DNA of 64,000 nt, from contig CAZGLL010000002.1 in NCBI GenBank assembly GCA_964526225.1, positions 1,248 to 65,247 on the forward strand. The letters run 5' to 3'. This stretch comes from an uncultured Desulfurococcales archaeon (GTDB lineage Archaea; Thermoproteota; Thermoprotei_A; EX4484-217-1). Below, one piece after another: positions 47,440-56,842 of the stretch (the first letter of the stretch is position 1; the number at the start of each line of letters is the position of its first letter). A program made the position numbers and the translations under genes. Under the pieces are notes generated by a model. The model searched no databases, was not told the origin of the DNA, and saw only the letters and a list, made by a program, of their open reading frames with translations.

Positions 47440-48987
47440 ATGAGACAAGCTGAACCTATGGTTGAAATGAAAGATATTGTTAAAATATATCCTGATGGAA
47501 CTGTGGCTTTAAGAGGAGTAGATCTTACAGCATATAAGGGCGAGATTCTCGGTCTTCTCGGAGAAAATGGTGCCGGGAAAACAACACTAATGAAGATTCT
47601 TTCAGGAATTCTACAACCAACACGTGGAGAAATCTATGTTGAAGGTAGAAGGGTTAAATTCAAAAACCCCTCTGACGCGTTAGCTTTAGGTATTGGAATG
47701 GTTCATCAGCACTTCACACTTGTCCCACCATTTAATGCTTTAGAAAACATAGTTTTAGGAATAGAGTCACCCCATGGCAAACCAGGTTCAGACCTTGTTC
47801 TACCCCTAAAAAAGGAGGAGCTTGTCAAGAAAGTTAAAAAGCTAATAGAGGAAACAGGGCTACATGTTCCACTCAACATTCCTGTGGAGAAGCTCCCTCT
47901 AGGTTTAAGACAGAGGATAGAAATTCTCAAAGTACTTTATAGAGGAATAAATCTTCTAATTCTTGATGAGCCAACAACGTTTCTAACACCATTAGAGGTT
48001 GAAGAACTCTTCAAAATAATGAAGAGGCTTAAGGAGCAAGGTAAAACAATAATTTTCATAACTCACAAGATAAGGGAGGCATTAACGATAACCGATAGAA
48101 TAGTTGTTCTAAGAGCAGGTAAGGTTGTTGGAGAAGTGCCTACGGAAAAAGCGACACCGGAGAAGCTTGCTGAAATGATGGTTGGTAAAGAAATGAAGCT
48201 CGATGTTGTCCTAAGAGGCGAGGGAGTTGTAGTTGAAAAACCTGTTTTAGAAGTAAGAGACCTTTGGGTTAAAAATGACTTAGGGTTAATGGCTGTTAAG
48301 GGAGTATCCTTCGAAGTATATCCTGGAGAAATATTTGGAATAGCAGGAGTTGAAGGGAACGGGCAAAGCGAACTCGTAGAAGCAATTACCGGGCTTAGGA
48401 AACCTGAAAAAGGAAAGATTATTATTGAAGGTGTAGATATTACAGGTAAAGGGCCAATAGAGTTTTACAAGCTTAAATCATCACATATTCCCGGAGATAG
48501 AGATAGATATGGATTAGTTCTTGAATTCACGGTTGCCGAAAACAGCGTTCTAAATAGGCAGTGGGAACCTATATTCACTAAAGGATTCAGACTCGACTGG
48601 AGCAAAGTTAAAGAATACGCTAAAGAAATAATTAAAAGGTTTAATATTATTGCTCCAAGCGTTGATACGCCAGCTAAATCTTTAAGCGGAGGTAATAGGC
48701 AAAGACTCGTAGTTGGAAGAGAGCTAAGTAAGGAACCAAAACTTATTGTAGCTGTGCATCCAACAAGAGGTCTTGATATTGCATCTACGATGTACATTAG
48801 AGAAATACTAGCTAAAATGAGGGATCAAGGAAAAGCTGTACTCTTAGTCTCAGCTGATTTAGACGAAATTATGCAGTTAAGTGATAGAATAGCTGTAATG
48901 TACGAAGGAAAATTCATGGGCATAAAGAAGGCTAAGGAAACAACAAGACGAGAAATAGGATTGCTAATGGGAGGAATTAAAGCCTAA
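47440..48987 (+). CDS. ABC transporter ATP-binding protein with duplicated ATPase domains (CUT2/BMP importer type)
   Basis: 515 aa with two Walker A motifs ('GENGAGKTTL'; degenerate 'GVEGNGQS'), LSGG signature and 'LILDEP'. Confidence 0.85.
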   Translation: MRQAEPMVEMKDIVKIYPDGTVALRGVDLTAYKGEILGLLGENGAGKTTLMKILSGILQPTRGEIYVEGRRVKFKNPSDALALGIGMVHQHFTLVPPFNALENIVLGIESPHGKPGSDLVLPLKKEELVKKVKKLIEETGLHVPLNIPVEKLPLGLRQRIEILKVLYRGINLLILDEPTTFLTPLEVEELFKIMKRLKEQGKTIIFITHKIREALTITDRIVVLRAGKVVGEVPTEKATPEKLAEMMVGKEMKLDVVLRGEGVVVEKPVLEVRDLWVKNDLGLMAVKGVSFEVYPGEIFGIAGVEGNGQSELVEAITGLRKPEKGKIIIEGVDITGKGPIEFYKLKSSHIPGDRDRYGLVLEFTVAENSVLNRQWEPIFTKGFRLDWSKVKEYAKEIIKRFNIIAPSVDTPAKSLSGGNRQRLVVGRELSKEPKLIVAVHPTRGLDIASTMYIREILAKMRDQGKAVLLVSADLDEIMQLSDRIAVMYEGKFMGIKKAKETTRREIGLLMGGIKA

Positions 48988-49204
48988 ATTTTAACGTAAA
49001 AACCTTAACACTTATCTCATAAATTCTCCAACATTTCGATATTATCATGCACCAAAGGGTTCTAAGCAAGTAGAAGCTAGGTCTACCATGTTTGAGGGAT
49101 GTGATTTTAGGTAAAGTATAAATATAGGAAAAAATGTTTCCATAAGTAATATGGGAACCTAATGTTTACTACAATATTCTAAATACGAGGTGACCGATGG
49201 ATAA

Positions 49205-50356
49205 TTGAGATTCCTAATGGACTTAGTTGTACTGCTTCTTCTAGCTAAAATTATAGGTTACATGCTTAAGGTTAAGGGATTACATCCTATCGTAGGTCAT
49301 GTTTTTGCAGGCCTAGTTTTAGGGCCTTATGTTTTGAAAATAGTTTATCCTTCAATAGAACTTGAAACTATAGCTTCGGTTTCGCTACTTCTACTTCTTT
49401 TCTACACTGGACTTACAACTAACTTTAGAGAGTTAAGGAGAAGGAGTAAGACAATAGTAGCTATGGGTTTATCTGGCGTAGTAGCAACATTTGCAATAAC
49501 ATATGCTTTACTTTACGTAATAGGTGTTAAAGGGCTTCCAGCAATATTCATAGCTATAGCACTATCTAACACTGCAACGGAAACTGTCGCTGTAGCCGTA
49601 GCTTACGCTGGGGGTGGAGATATTAGAACGCTTATTGTTGGTGCAAGCTTCGTTGATGATGTTGTAGCAGCTTTTGTAATTAGTGTTGTTGCAAGCGTAG
49701 CTATGAGGGAAACAAACATAGTACATGTTGGTGTGGCAACAGTTGTTTTCATGTCCGCCGTTTTCATTCTAAGTCATTTGTTAGCCACGAAATTCACAAT
49801 AGTTTACAGAACCATGTCAAGAGATTACTTTACATTCGCAAGTTTCTCGCTAATAATAGCTTTCTCCTTCGCATTAATAGCTTACATGCTTGGATTAAGC
49901 GTTCTCATAGGCGCTTATCTTGCAGGGGTACTTATAGGTAGAGGCAGGGAATTCCATGACCCACTAATTAAGACAAAAATTGTCTTATCGGAGTTTATAG
50001 AGGATTTAAGTTCCTTCTTAGAAGTACTCTTCATACCTATGTTCTTCGCATACATAGGCTTGCTTATTTCAGTAAACCAAGTTTCAATATTGTTGTTCGC
50101 AATAGCTCTCATAGCAGCTATCATAGGTAAGATAGTCGGATGTACACCTATAGCCATGAGTAGTTTGAAAGATAAACGTAAAGGTTTCGCAGCTGGAGTA
50201 GCTATGACAGGAAGGGGGGCTTTAGAAACAGCTCTTCTAAAATTAGGATTAGATAGTGGAATAATTAATGTTTCACAATATAGCACAATAATTCTTGTAG
50301 CATTAGCTACAGCAGTACTCGCACCCTTACTTTACAGTATAGTATATAGAGAATAG
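49205..50356 (+). CDS. cation:proton antiporter (CPA1/CPA2 family)
   Basis: 383 aa with 11–12 TM helices. 'GPYVL' N-terminal helix resembles Kef/NapA. Confidence 0.7.
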   Translation: MRFLMDLVVLLLLAKIIGYMLKVKGLHPIVGHVFAGLVLGPYVLKIVYPSIELETIASVSLLLLLFYTGLTTNFRELRRRSKTIVAMGLSGVVATFAITYALLYVIGVKGLPAIFIAIALSNTATETVAVAVAYAGGGDIRTLIVGASFVDDVVAAFVISVVASVAMRETNIVHVGVATVVFMSAVFILSHLLATKFTIVYRTMSRDYFTFASFSLIIAFSFALIAYMLGLSVLIGAYLAGVLIGRGREFHDPLIKTKIVLSEFIEDLSSFLEVLFIPMFFAYIGLLISVNQVSILLFAIALIAAIIGKIVGCTPIAMSSLKDKRKGFAAGVAMTGRGALETALLKLGLDSGIINVSQYSTIILVALATAVLAPLLYSIVYRE

Positions 50357-50378
50357 GAAATAGTATATAGCTTACACA

Positions 50379-51884
50379 ATGCTAAAACGGTTTGAGGATG
50401 AAGTTTTGGAGAGAATTGCTTTTCCCGAAAACTTTAGATTCGGAATATCAATGTCCGGTTTCCAGTTCGAAATGGGATGCAGCATTGAAGCTATAGATGA
50501 AAATAGTGACTGGTGGATTTGGGTTCATGACCCATTCAACATAGGCTTAGGGATAGTTAGCGGAGACCTACCCGAACATGGAGCCGGATACTGGAACTTG
50601 TACAAGAAAGATCATGAGCTAATGCTTAGTTTAAACATAGACTCCGTTAGGGTAGGTATTGAGTGGAGTAGGATTTTCCCTAAACCAACATTTGACGTGG
50701 AAGTCGAAGTTAAGAAGGAAAATGGGAATATAACTGAAGTTGTTATTTCTAAAAGCACTATTGAAGAGTTAAGAAATAATGCTAATGAGGAAGCCTTAAA
50801 CCATTATCGTACAATACTGGAGGATCTTAAGTCCAAAGAGTTAAGGGTCATGGTTTGTCTTAATCACTTTACGCTTCCAAAATGGCTTCATAACCCTATT
50901 GAACTAAGACTGTTTGGGCTAAATTCTCCAAGAAATGGATGGCTAAGTATGAGGTCAATTATCGAATTCGTTAAGTACGTAGGTTTCATAGCCTATAATC
51001 TTAAAGACCTAGTTGACGAATGGGCGATATTCAACGAACCTAGAGCTGTAATGCATGAGGGATTTCTTAAACCTAATTCAGGCTTTCCACCTAAAATTAT
51101 TAGTTATAAAAGCTACATCACCGGAATGGTAAACCTTGTTGAAGCCCACGCTAGAGCATATGATGTTTTAAAAAGCATTGACCCGTTAAAACCAGTAGGG
51201 ATAATATATGATATACTACTTACCGAGCCACTTAATGAGAATGACATAATAGCATCGGAAAATGCTATGTACTTCTACAATTGGTGGTTCTTGGACGCAA
51301 TAATTAGGGGAGAATATAGTAGGGGCTTTAGCGATAAATGGATCATTTATCGGAAAGACCTTGTCGGAAAAGCGGACTGGATAGGTGTAAATTATTACTC
51401 AAGACTTGTAGTTGAAGAGAGTAGGCCATGGTTTAATGGAGAAACTCTCCTAAACTGGAAAGTCGTGAAAGGATACGGTTTCGAAAGCACACCTAAGTTA
51501 AAAACCAAAGCCGGAAACCCAACAAGCGATATGGGATGGGAAATATATCCTCAAGGACTAAGAAAAGTGCTTAACAAAGTCTATGCGAGATACAAATTAC
51601 CTATAATAGTAACTGAAAATGGAGTAGCAGATTCTGAAGATAAACTTAGACCATACGTTATCACCTCGCACCTTAATGAAATACATAAAGCAATTATTGA
51701 AGATAACGTAAACGTTTTAGGATATTATCACTGGTCCCTTATGGACAATTACGAATGGGCACATGGATACTCGATGAAATATGGACTATATGAAGTAAAT
51801 TTCCAAACAAAAGAGAGAAGACCTAGGCATAGTGCGAAACTTTACTCTAAAATAGCATCTGATAGAAAAGTTCCTATTCTGTAG
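50379..51884 (+). CDS. lacS: GH1 beta-glycosidase (LacS-like beta-galactosidase/glucosidase)
   Basis: 'FRFGISMSGFQFEMG…SDWWIWVHDP…VSGDLPE' and the catalytic 'ITENG' are strongly Sulfolobus-LacS-like. Confidence 0.9.
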   Translation: MLKRFEDEVLERIAFPENFRFGISMSGFQFEMGCSIEAIDENSDWWIWVHDPFNIGLGIVSGDLPEHGAGYWNLYKKDHELMLSLNIDSVRVGIEWSRIFPKPTFDVEVEVKKENGNITEVVISKSTIEELRNNANEEALNHYRTILEDLKSKELRVMVCLNHFTLPKWLHNPIELRLFGLNSPRNGWLSMRSIIEFVKYVGFIAYNLKDLVDEWAIFNEPRAVMHEGFLKPNSGFPPKIISYKSYITGMVNLVEAHARAYDVLKSIDPLKPVGIIYDILLTEPLNENDIIASENAMYFYNWWFLDAIIRGEYSRGFSDKWIIYRKDLVGKADWIGVNYYSRLVVEESRPWFNGETLLNWKVVKGYGFESTPKLKTKAGNPTSDMGWEIYPQGLRKVLNKVYARYKLPIIVTENGVADSEDKLRPYVITSHLNEIHKAIIEDNVNVLGYYHWSLMDNYEWAHGYSMKYGLYEVNFQTKERRPRHSAKLYSKIASDRKVPIL

Positions 51885-51970
51885 TACAGAACAACATCAT
51901 CTTTTAAATCACATTTTCGGCTAAAAATGTAACTAGAGAAAAGAATGTAGTGTTTCGAGGTAGCTAAGTT

Positions 51971-52069
51971 ATGAAAATCGGAAAAGCAAAATCAATCCTA
52001 ACAGTATTGATAGTTGCAATCTTAATAACGCTTCCAATAGGGCTTCTAGCTCAGAAAGAGTGTGGCTGA
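51971..52069 (+). CDS. tiny single-TM peptide (32 aa)
   Basis: 'MKIGKAKSILTVLIVAILITLPIGLLAQKECG'. ATG start. It overlaps the next small membrane ORF. Confidence 0.2.
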   Translation: MKIGKAKSILTVLIVAILITLPIGLLAQKECG

Positions 52070-52317
52070 AAATGGGTGAGAAAAAGCATCATTGGAGTGG
52101 AGAAGTGTTTATAGGATTGATGTTCATAGGTATGGGGTTAGGGTTCATTTTTGGAGATGTAGCAGCAGGAATGTTCTTAGGCATGGGAGTAGGCTTCATT
52201 CTAGCATCACTAATTAGAGTTGAAAGAGAAAAACCAAAAATCACTATTAAACCGAGTTCTCTATGGATAGGCTTATCATCTACTATACTAGTTTCAGCCG
52301 TAGCATGTTTTATATGA
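52060..52317 (+). CDS. small glycine-zipper membrane protein
   Basis: 85 aa with 'GLMFIGMGLGFIFG…GMFLGMGVGFILA'. The start may be the ATG at 52072. Confidence 0.4.
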   Translation: MWLKMGEKKHHWSGEVFIGLMFIGMGLGFIFGDVAAGMFLGMGVGFILASLIRVEREKPKITIKPSSLWIGLSSTILVSAVACFI

Positions 52318-52599
52318 AAGCATATTATTTCATATGTTTTCATGGGCGTTCTTCTTCGATTACTGCTATGATTTTTATTTTCTTCCCCTTATGTTTTGCT
52401 AGTTTTAGCTGGTACTCCTTTGGTGGGTATATGATTACTCTTCCCCTACCATAGCTTAGTAGTGATGCCTCGAAGATGTATACCTTGCTCATTATATCAC
52501 CAAATATATATTGTAGCTAGAAAAACCTATAAATATAGCTACCAATAAAAATGCATAGGTGAAAGCTCCGATGAGGGAGTGCGCCACCACTATTAGGGT

Positions 52600-53840
52600 G
52601 GCTCCCTGAGGAGCATATACGCTAACCCTTAAAGCCCAAGGAGTTTTGATAGAAGGTTCTCTTGAAGAGTTGCGAGAGGAACTATACCTTACTCGTAGAG
52701 CATCACAGTTCATCATTGATTGTCTATGGGAGCTAGACAAGTTGCCAACCATTAACCAAGCATACCAAATGTTCTACAGGATGCTTAGGGAACAAGATTT
52801 TCGTGCTTATCAAGCTAAGCAGATATACAAGTATGCACTAGCACTAGTAAAGTCAGCTAAGAGGAATGGAGGAAAGAAACCTGTTCTAAAGAAGCTTTCT
52901 GCTAGACTAGACTAGTACGATGCTAGAGTAGACCTAGAGAACCAGCTAGCAATTCTGAAACTGAGAAACAAAGAGTTCAAGATAAAGCTGCTTCATAACA
53001 GGAACTATATCAGAAAGTTCATAGGGAGGAAGTGGTATGAGGTAATTGTAAGCATTGATAAGCAAGGGAGGATATGGATATCGATACCTTTTAGATGGGA
53101 TTACGAACCATATAAACCGAGAAACATGATTTCTCTAGACCTAAACCCGAAGAAAGTGGTTGTCTACAATGGTAGAAAGGTTAGGAGAATCAGCACTAGG
53201 TTTACTGAAGCACTATATCTCAAATATCTTGCTGAAGATGTTCAGAAGCATCATAGCTATGCTTGGAAAAGAAATGAGAAGTGACTTGAAATTATTAGAG
53301 CTTTGCATAGACGTTCAAGGAATATTGTAATTGATTGGTGTAGAAAGTTCGCTAAGTACATAGTGCTTAAGGCTAGGAAGACTAGGAGCACTATCGCTTT
53401 AGAAGATTTGGAGAAGCTATGGTTCAATGCTTCACAGAAATCGCCTAGCTTAGCTGACAAGCTATTGAGGTTTGCATACCGTAAACTACAGCTTGCAATA
53501 ATAACCAAGGCTGTTGAATACAACGTACCAATAGTATTTGTTAATCCCAGAGGAACGTCAACTACTTGTCCTATATGTGGAAACAAATTATCCTATACTC
53601 ATAGGCTAGCTATATGCGGAAACTGCGGATTCGTAGCAGACAGAGATACTGTAGGAGCTATGAACATCTGCCTCGGAACAATCCAAGTCCTCGCCCCGCG
53701 CCAAGGGTCGTGGAGCACCCGCTCGATGACGGATGAAATCCAACTGAAGAGCGGGTCTATATATGAACCGATGACTGCTTATATAAAATCATATACAAGC
53801 ATATAAAGAGGCAAACCCAGGGAGGACATCATCATGTTGC
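52600..53840 (+). mobile_element. decayed IS200/IS605-family element (tnpB only, no tnpA)
   Basis: A TnpB-like reading frame plus a GC-rich structured 3' end. No Y1 transposase gene is adjacent. Confidence 0.5.
52646..53806 (+). pseudogene. tnpB: TnpB-like (IS605 OrfB / RNA-guided nuclease family) gene interrupted by two in-frame stops (TAG 52913–15, TGA 53283–85)
   Basis: ORFs 52646–52915 and 53303–53806 and the intervening segment are all in one frame. The C-terminus has a RuvC-III/zinc finger 'CPICGNKLSYTHRLAICGNCGFVADRDTVGAMNI'. The middle segment aligns to the TnpB wedge/RuvC-I region. Confidence 0.65.
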
Positions 53841-53916
53841 TCTTCAGTAAGGGCGAATTTCATCATTCCGAGATACTATATTTAGTAATGTTTAATATAT
53901 TTACTTTAAAGGGAGG

Positions 53917-54687
53917 GTGTTAAGTATTCGTGGGGAATTTAAGATTGTTGAGGTAGGTAATGTTGTTTATTGCGATAATTTGAGCTGGAGAGAAAATGTA
54001 TTTAAAGACAGATTTGATGGAGGAAAAGTTTTAGCTGAATTCTTAACATACACTGTTCCTAATATTTTAAAGAGAAAGATCGCTATTTTCGCGCTAGTTG
54101 CCGGAGGTGTTCCAGTAACGTATGCTCTTTCTAAAACCCTTAAGAAGCAATTTGACATTCTTGTGGTTAAGAAAATAACTTATCCATGGACTACTGAAGC
54201 GGGTTTTGGAGCAGTAGCGCCTGATGGAACTTATGTTTATGATAAATTCGTAGCTGAGAACTATCTAGGTTACTCGGAGGAAGATGTTAAACACCTAGCT
54301 AATGAGGTAAAAGGGTATGTTATTAATAGAACCTTGAGGCTTAGGGGTTCACTTGAATACCCTAACATGAAGGATTATACAGTAGTCATAGTTGATGACG
54401 GTATAGCTACAGGATATACTATGGTGGTAGCAACTAGATTTCTTAGAAAGAAAAATGTAAGTAAAATCATCGTAGCCTCCCCTACAGCTAGCAATACCGG
54501 ATTACAGCTCGTTTCTAAAGAAGCAGACAAGGTAGTTATTGTCAATGTTAGATCGTCACCTTATGCTGTTGCTGACGCATATCTCGAATGGCATGATGTT
54601 AGCGATGGAGAAGTGTTAGGAATTCTAGCAGAGGCAGAGAAGGCTAATCTATACCCTCCCACATGGAGGACAAATCGAAACATTTAA
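53917..54687 (+). CDS. phosphoribosyltransferase-domain protein (COG1926-like)
   Basis: 'VVIVDDGIATGYTM' PRPP-binding motif, in 256 aa. Confidence 0.7.
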   Translation: MLSIRGEFKIVEVGNVVYCDNLSWRENVFKDRFDGGKVLAEFLTYTVPNILKRKIAIFALVAGGVPVTYALSKTLKKQFDILVVKKITYPWTTEAGFGAVAPDGTYVYDKFVAENYLGYSEEDVKHLANEVKGYVINRTLRLRGSLEYPNMKDYTVVIVDDGIATGYTMVVATRFLRKKNVSKIIVASPTASNTGLQLVSKEADKVVIVNVRSSPYAVADAYLEWHDVSDGEVLGILAEAEKANLYPPTWRTNRNI

Positions 54688-55493
54688 GAAATCCCCTTGC
54701 AGAATTCATGACAAAGAGTGATGATGTTATGAGTTCCCCCTATCTTATGATGATTAAGAGATACATTGGCGAAGCTGAGAAAACAGATTATATAATGCCT
54801 CTATGGTTACCGTTTCTTCCAGCAATATTAGCGGTCGTATCAACGTTTCTACTTCTCTACACGATAATTGCTGCTTCAATACATAAAGAGGCCATGGGAG
54901 CAAGTGGTGCTGTAGCTTTTGTAAGCTTAGTTGCAGTTGCTGGATCACTTTTCTTACTACTATACATTGCTTCAATAGCTGTAGGAATATACGTTCTTTA
55001 CAAACTCATTACTAGAAGAAATGATCACTTCAGAAGAACACATAAACTCTACGATACAATAGTTAATCTCCTAAAGGAGAAGGAAGGTAGCACGGCTGAA
55101 ATAGTTGAAATGGAATCGATAGTTTACGATATGAAAAATGAAGAAACAGAGAAAAATGCAGTCTTATGGGTCGTTTTAACAGTACTTATAGGGATATTGT
55201 GGTTCTACATAGCACACTTCCTAAATAAAGACTTTAGAAAGCATGAACTGAGGGAAAGAAGACTAATATCTCTCATAAATAATGTTCTTAGGAAACATGG
55301 TGCGCCAGGTATTGTGAAGTTTGAAGAAAAAGTTCCCGATAGAAGCACGTTACTGTACATAGTTTTAACAATAATTACATTAGGGTTCTTTGGGCTCTAC
55401 TGGATATACACGTTAGCTAAGGATCCAAATGAGCACTTTAAGCAACATAGAGTGGTAGAAAACCAGCTTGTAGGATTCCTAGAGAACCTATAG
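54663..55493 (+). CDS. membrane protein with internal duplication (two TM-hairpin repeats)
   Basis: Repeat 1 is '…LLLYIASIAVGIYVLYKLITRRNDHF'. Repeat 2 is '…LGFFGLYWIYTLAKDPNEHF'. The start is possibly the internal ATG near 54708. Confidence 0.5.
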   Translation: MEDKSKHLRNPLAEFMTKSDDVMSSPYLMMIKRYIGEAEKTDYIMPLWLPFLPAILAVVSTFLLLYTIIAASIHKEAMGASGAVAFVSLVAVAGSLFLLLYIASIAVGIYVLYKLITRRNDHFRRTHKLYDTIVNLLKEKEGSTAEIVEMESIVYDMKNEETEKNAVLWVVLTVLIGILWFYIAHFLNKDFRKHELRERRLISLINNVLRKHGAPGIVKFEEKVPDRSTLLYIVLTIITLGFFGLYWIYTLAKDPNEHFKQHRVVENQLVGFLENL

Positions 55494-55540
55494 TTCACGT
55501 AAAAACTCTAATGATCGAAATTTTTACTTTCCCAAAACTT

Positions 55541-55560
55541 CATTTTTATCAATATAAAAG
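55541..55560 (+). promoter_or_regulatory. TATA-box/BRE-like promoter element for a leaderless transcript
   Basis: 'TTTTATCAATATAAAAG' is centred about 26 nt upstream of the TTG start at 55580. Confidence 0.35.
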
Positions 55561-55579
55561 TTTTGGTGGTTGAACCACA

Positions 55580-56533
55580 TTGGTTAAGATTGGTATTGTT
55601 GTTCCCCAATATGGTGTTGGTATTAGAGAAACCAATAGGTTTGTTAGAATTGCTGAAAAATTAGGATATTATTCGCTATGGGTTGAGGACCATTTAACTC
55701 CATGGCAGCTTCAACAGAACAAGTCAGCTTTCGAATGCTTTACATTGTTATCACACATAGCTTCAATAACTAAGAAACCAAGAGTAGGGACTTTGGTTAC
55801 AAACGTAATATATAGACATCCCGCAATATTAGCTAAATCGGCTACGACAATAGATAGAATTTCAAATGGAAGGTTGGAGCTAGGATTAGGGCTGGGATGG
55901 TATGAAGACGAAATATTATCCTATAACCTACCCTATCCCCCTCTTAAACGGAGAATAGAGATGCTTAGTGAGCTAATAGACTATCTTAAAAAGCTATGGA
56001 CTGCTAAAGGAAAAGTTAGTTTCAATGGGAAATACTTCAGACTTAAGAAAGCATATTTCAATCCTAAGCCCAAGCAAAAGCCCCATCCACCAATTATCAT
56101 AGGTACTGCTGGGGAAAAGAAAATGCTGAAACTGGTAGCTGAAAAAGCGAATGGTTGGAACTATGGTGCTTTAACTCCTGAGCAATTTAAGGAAAAAGCA
56201 GCTATTCTTAAAAAACATTGCGAAAATGTCGGAAGAAATTTCAGTGAAATAGAGAAATCTCTTGAACTATATGTCTTTATAGCGGAAACATCCGAGGAAG
56301 CTGAGAACATTAAGAGAAGATATTGGGAAATCATTCCTAAGGGTGAAAAACTACAACACATAATTCAGGATTTCTACATGAAAACAGCTTTAACGGGAAC
56401 GCCAAGAGATATTGAAGAGGCGGTTAAGGAATATGCTAAAGTTGGTGTTGATCACTTAGTCTTAGTGTTCCCGGGTAAGCGAAGATTCGAAATGATGAAG
56501 ATTTTTGGTGAAAAAGTCCTACCTAATCTCTAA
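55580..56533 (+). CDS. LLM-class flavin (F420/FMN)-dependent oxidoreductase
   Basis: Luciferase-like TIM-barrel with 'LGYYSLWVEDHL' and 'LGLGLGW'. 317 aa. Confidence 0.8.
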   Translation: MVKIGIVVPQYGVGIRETNRFVRIAEKLGYYSLWVEDHLTPWQLQQNKSAFECFTLLSHIASITKKPRVGTLVTNVIYRHPAILAKSATTIDRISNGRLELGLGLGWYEDEILSYNLPYPPLKRRIEMLSELIDYLKKLWTAKGKVSFNGKYFRLKKAYFNPKPKQKPHPPIIIGTAGEKKMLKLVAEKANGWNYGALTPEQFKEKAAILKKHCENVGRNFSEIEKSLELYVFIAETSEEAENIKRRYWEIIPKGEKLQHIIQDFYMKTALTGTPRDIEEAVKEYAKVGVDHLVLVFPGKRRFEMMKIFGEKVLPNL

Positions 56534-56692
56534 GCTTGTTTAGCAAAGAACCCTCAATTTTTCTTTAACATCATCACCTAATATTAAGTAACCGAAAATT
56601 GCTTCCAAACATTCGAAAATGGTGGTTTTCCTAAACTAAACAATTCCACTTAAAATCACAAGACAACTTTTACCTTAGCGTTAACTAGGAAA

Positions 56693-56747
56693 TCAGTCGA
56701 AACCTCCATCATCACATGAGAACTCAGTTTGAGTCGTGTTCATCACA
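56693..56747 (-). ncRNA. C/D-box sRNA (archaeal 2'-O-methylation guide)
   Basis: The minus strand reads UGUGAUGA-ACACGACUCAAA-CUGA-GUUCUCA-UGUGAUGA-UGGAGGUUUCGA-CUGA. This is a perfect C–12nt–D'–7nt–C'–12nt–D architecture in 55 nt, and it is intergenic. Confidence 0.8.
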
Positions 56748-56842
56748 GAGAATTGCTGTTCGTGGAGACCCAGCTTCATCCATCCCCCTTTCGACGGGGG
56801 TGTCTGCGGGCGTCGGCGGGCGCCAAAATAAATTTCTCCGAG

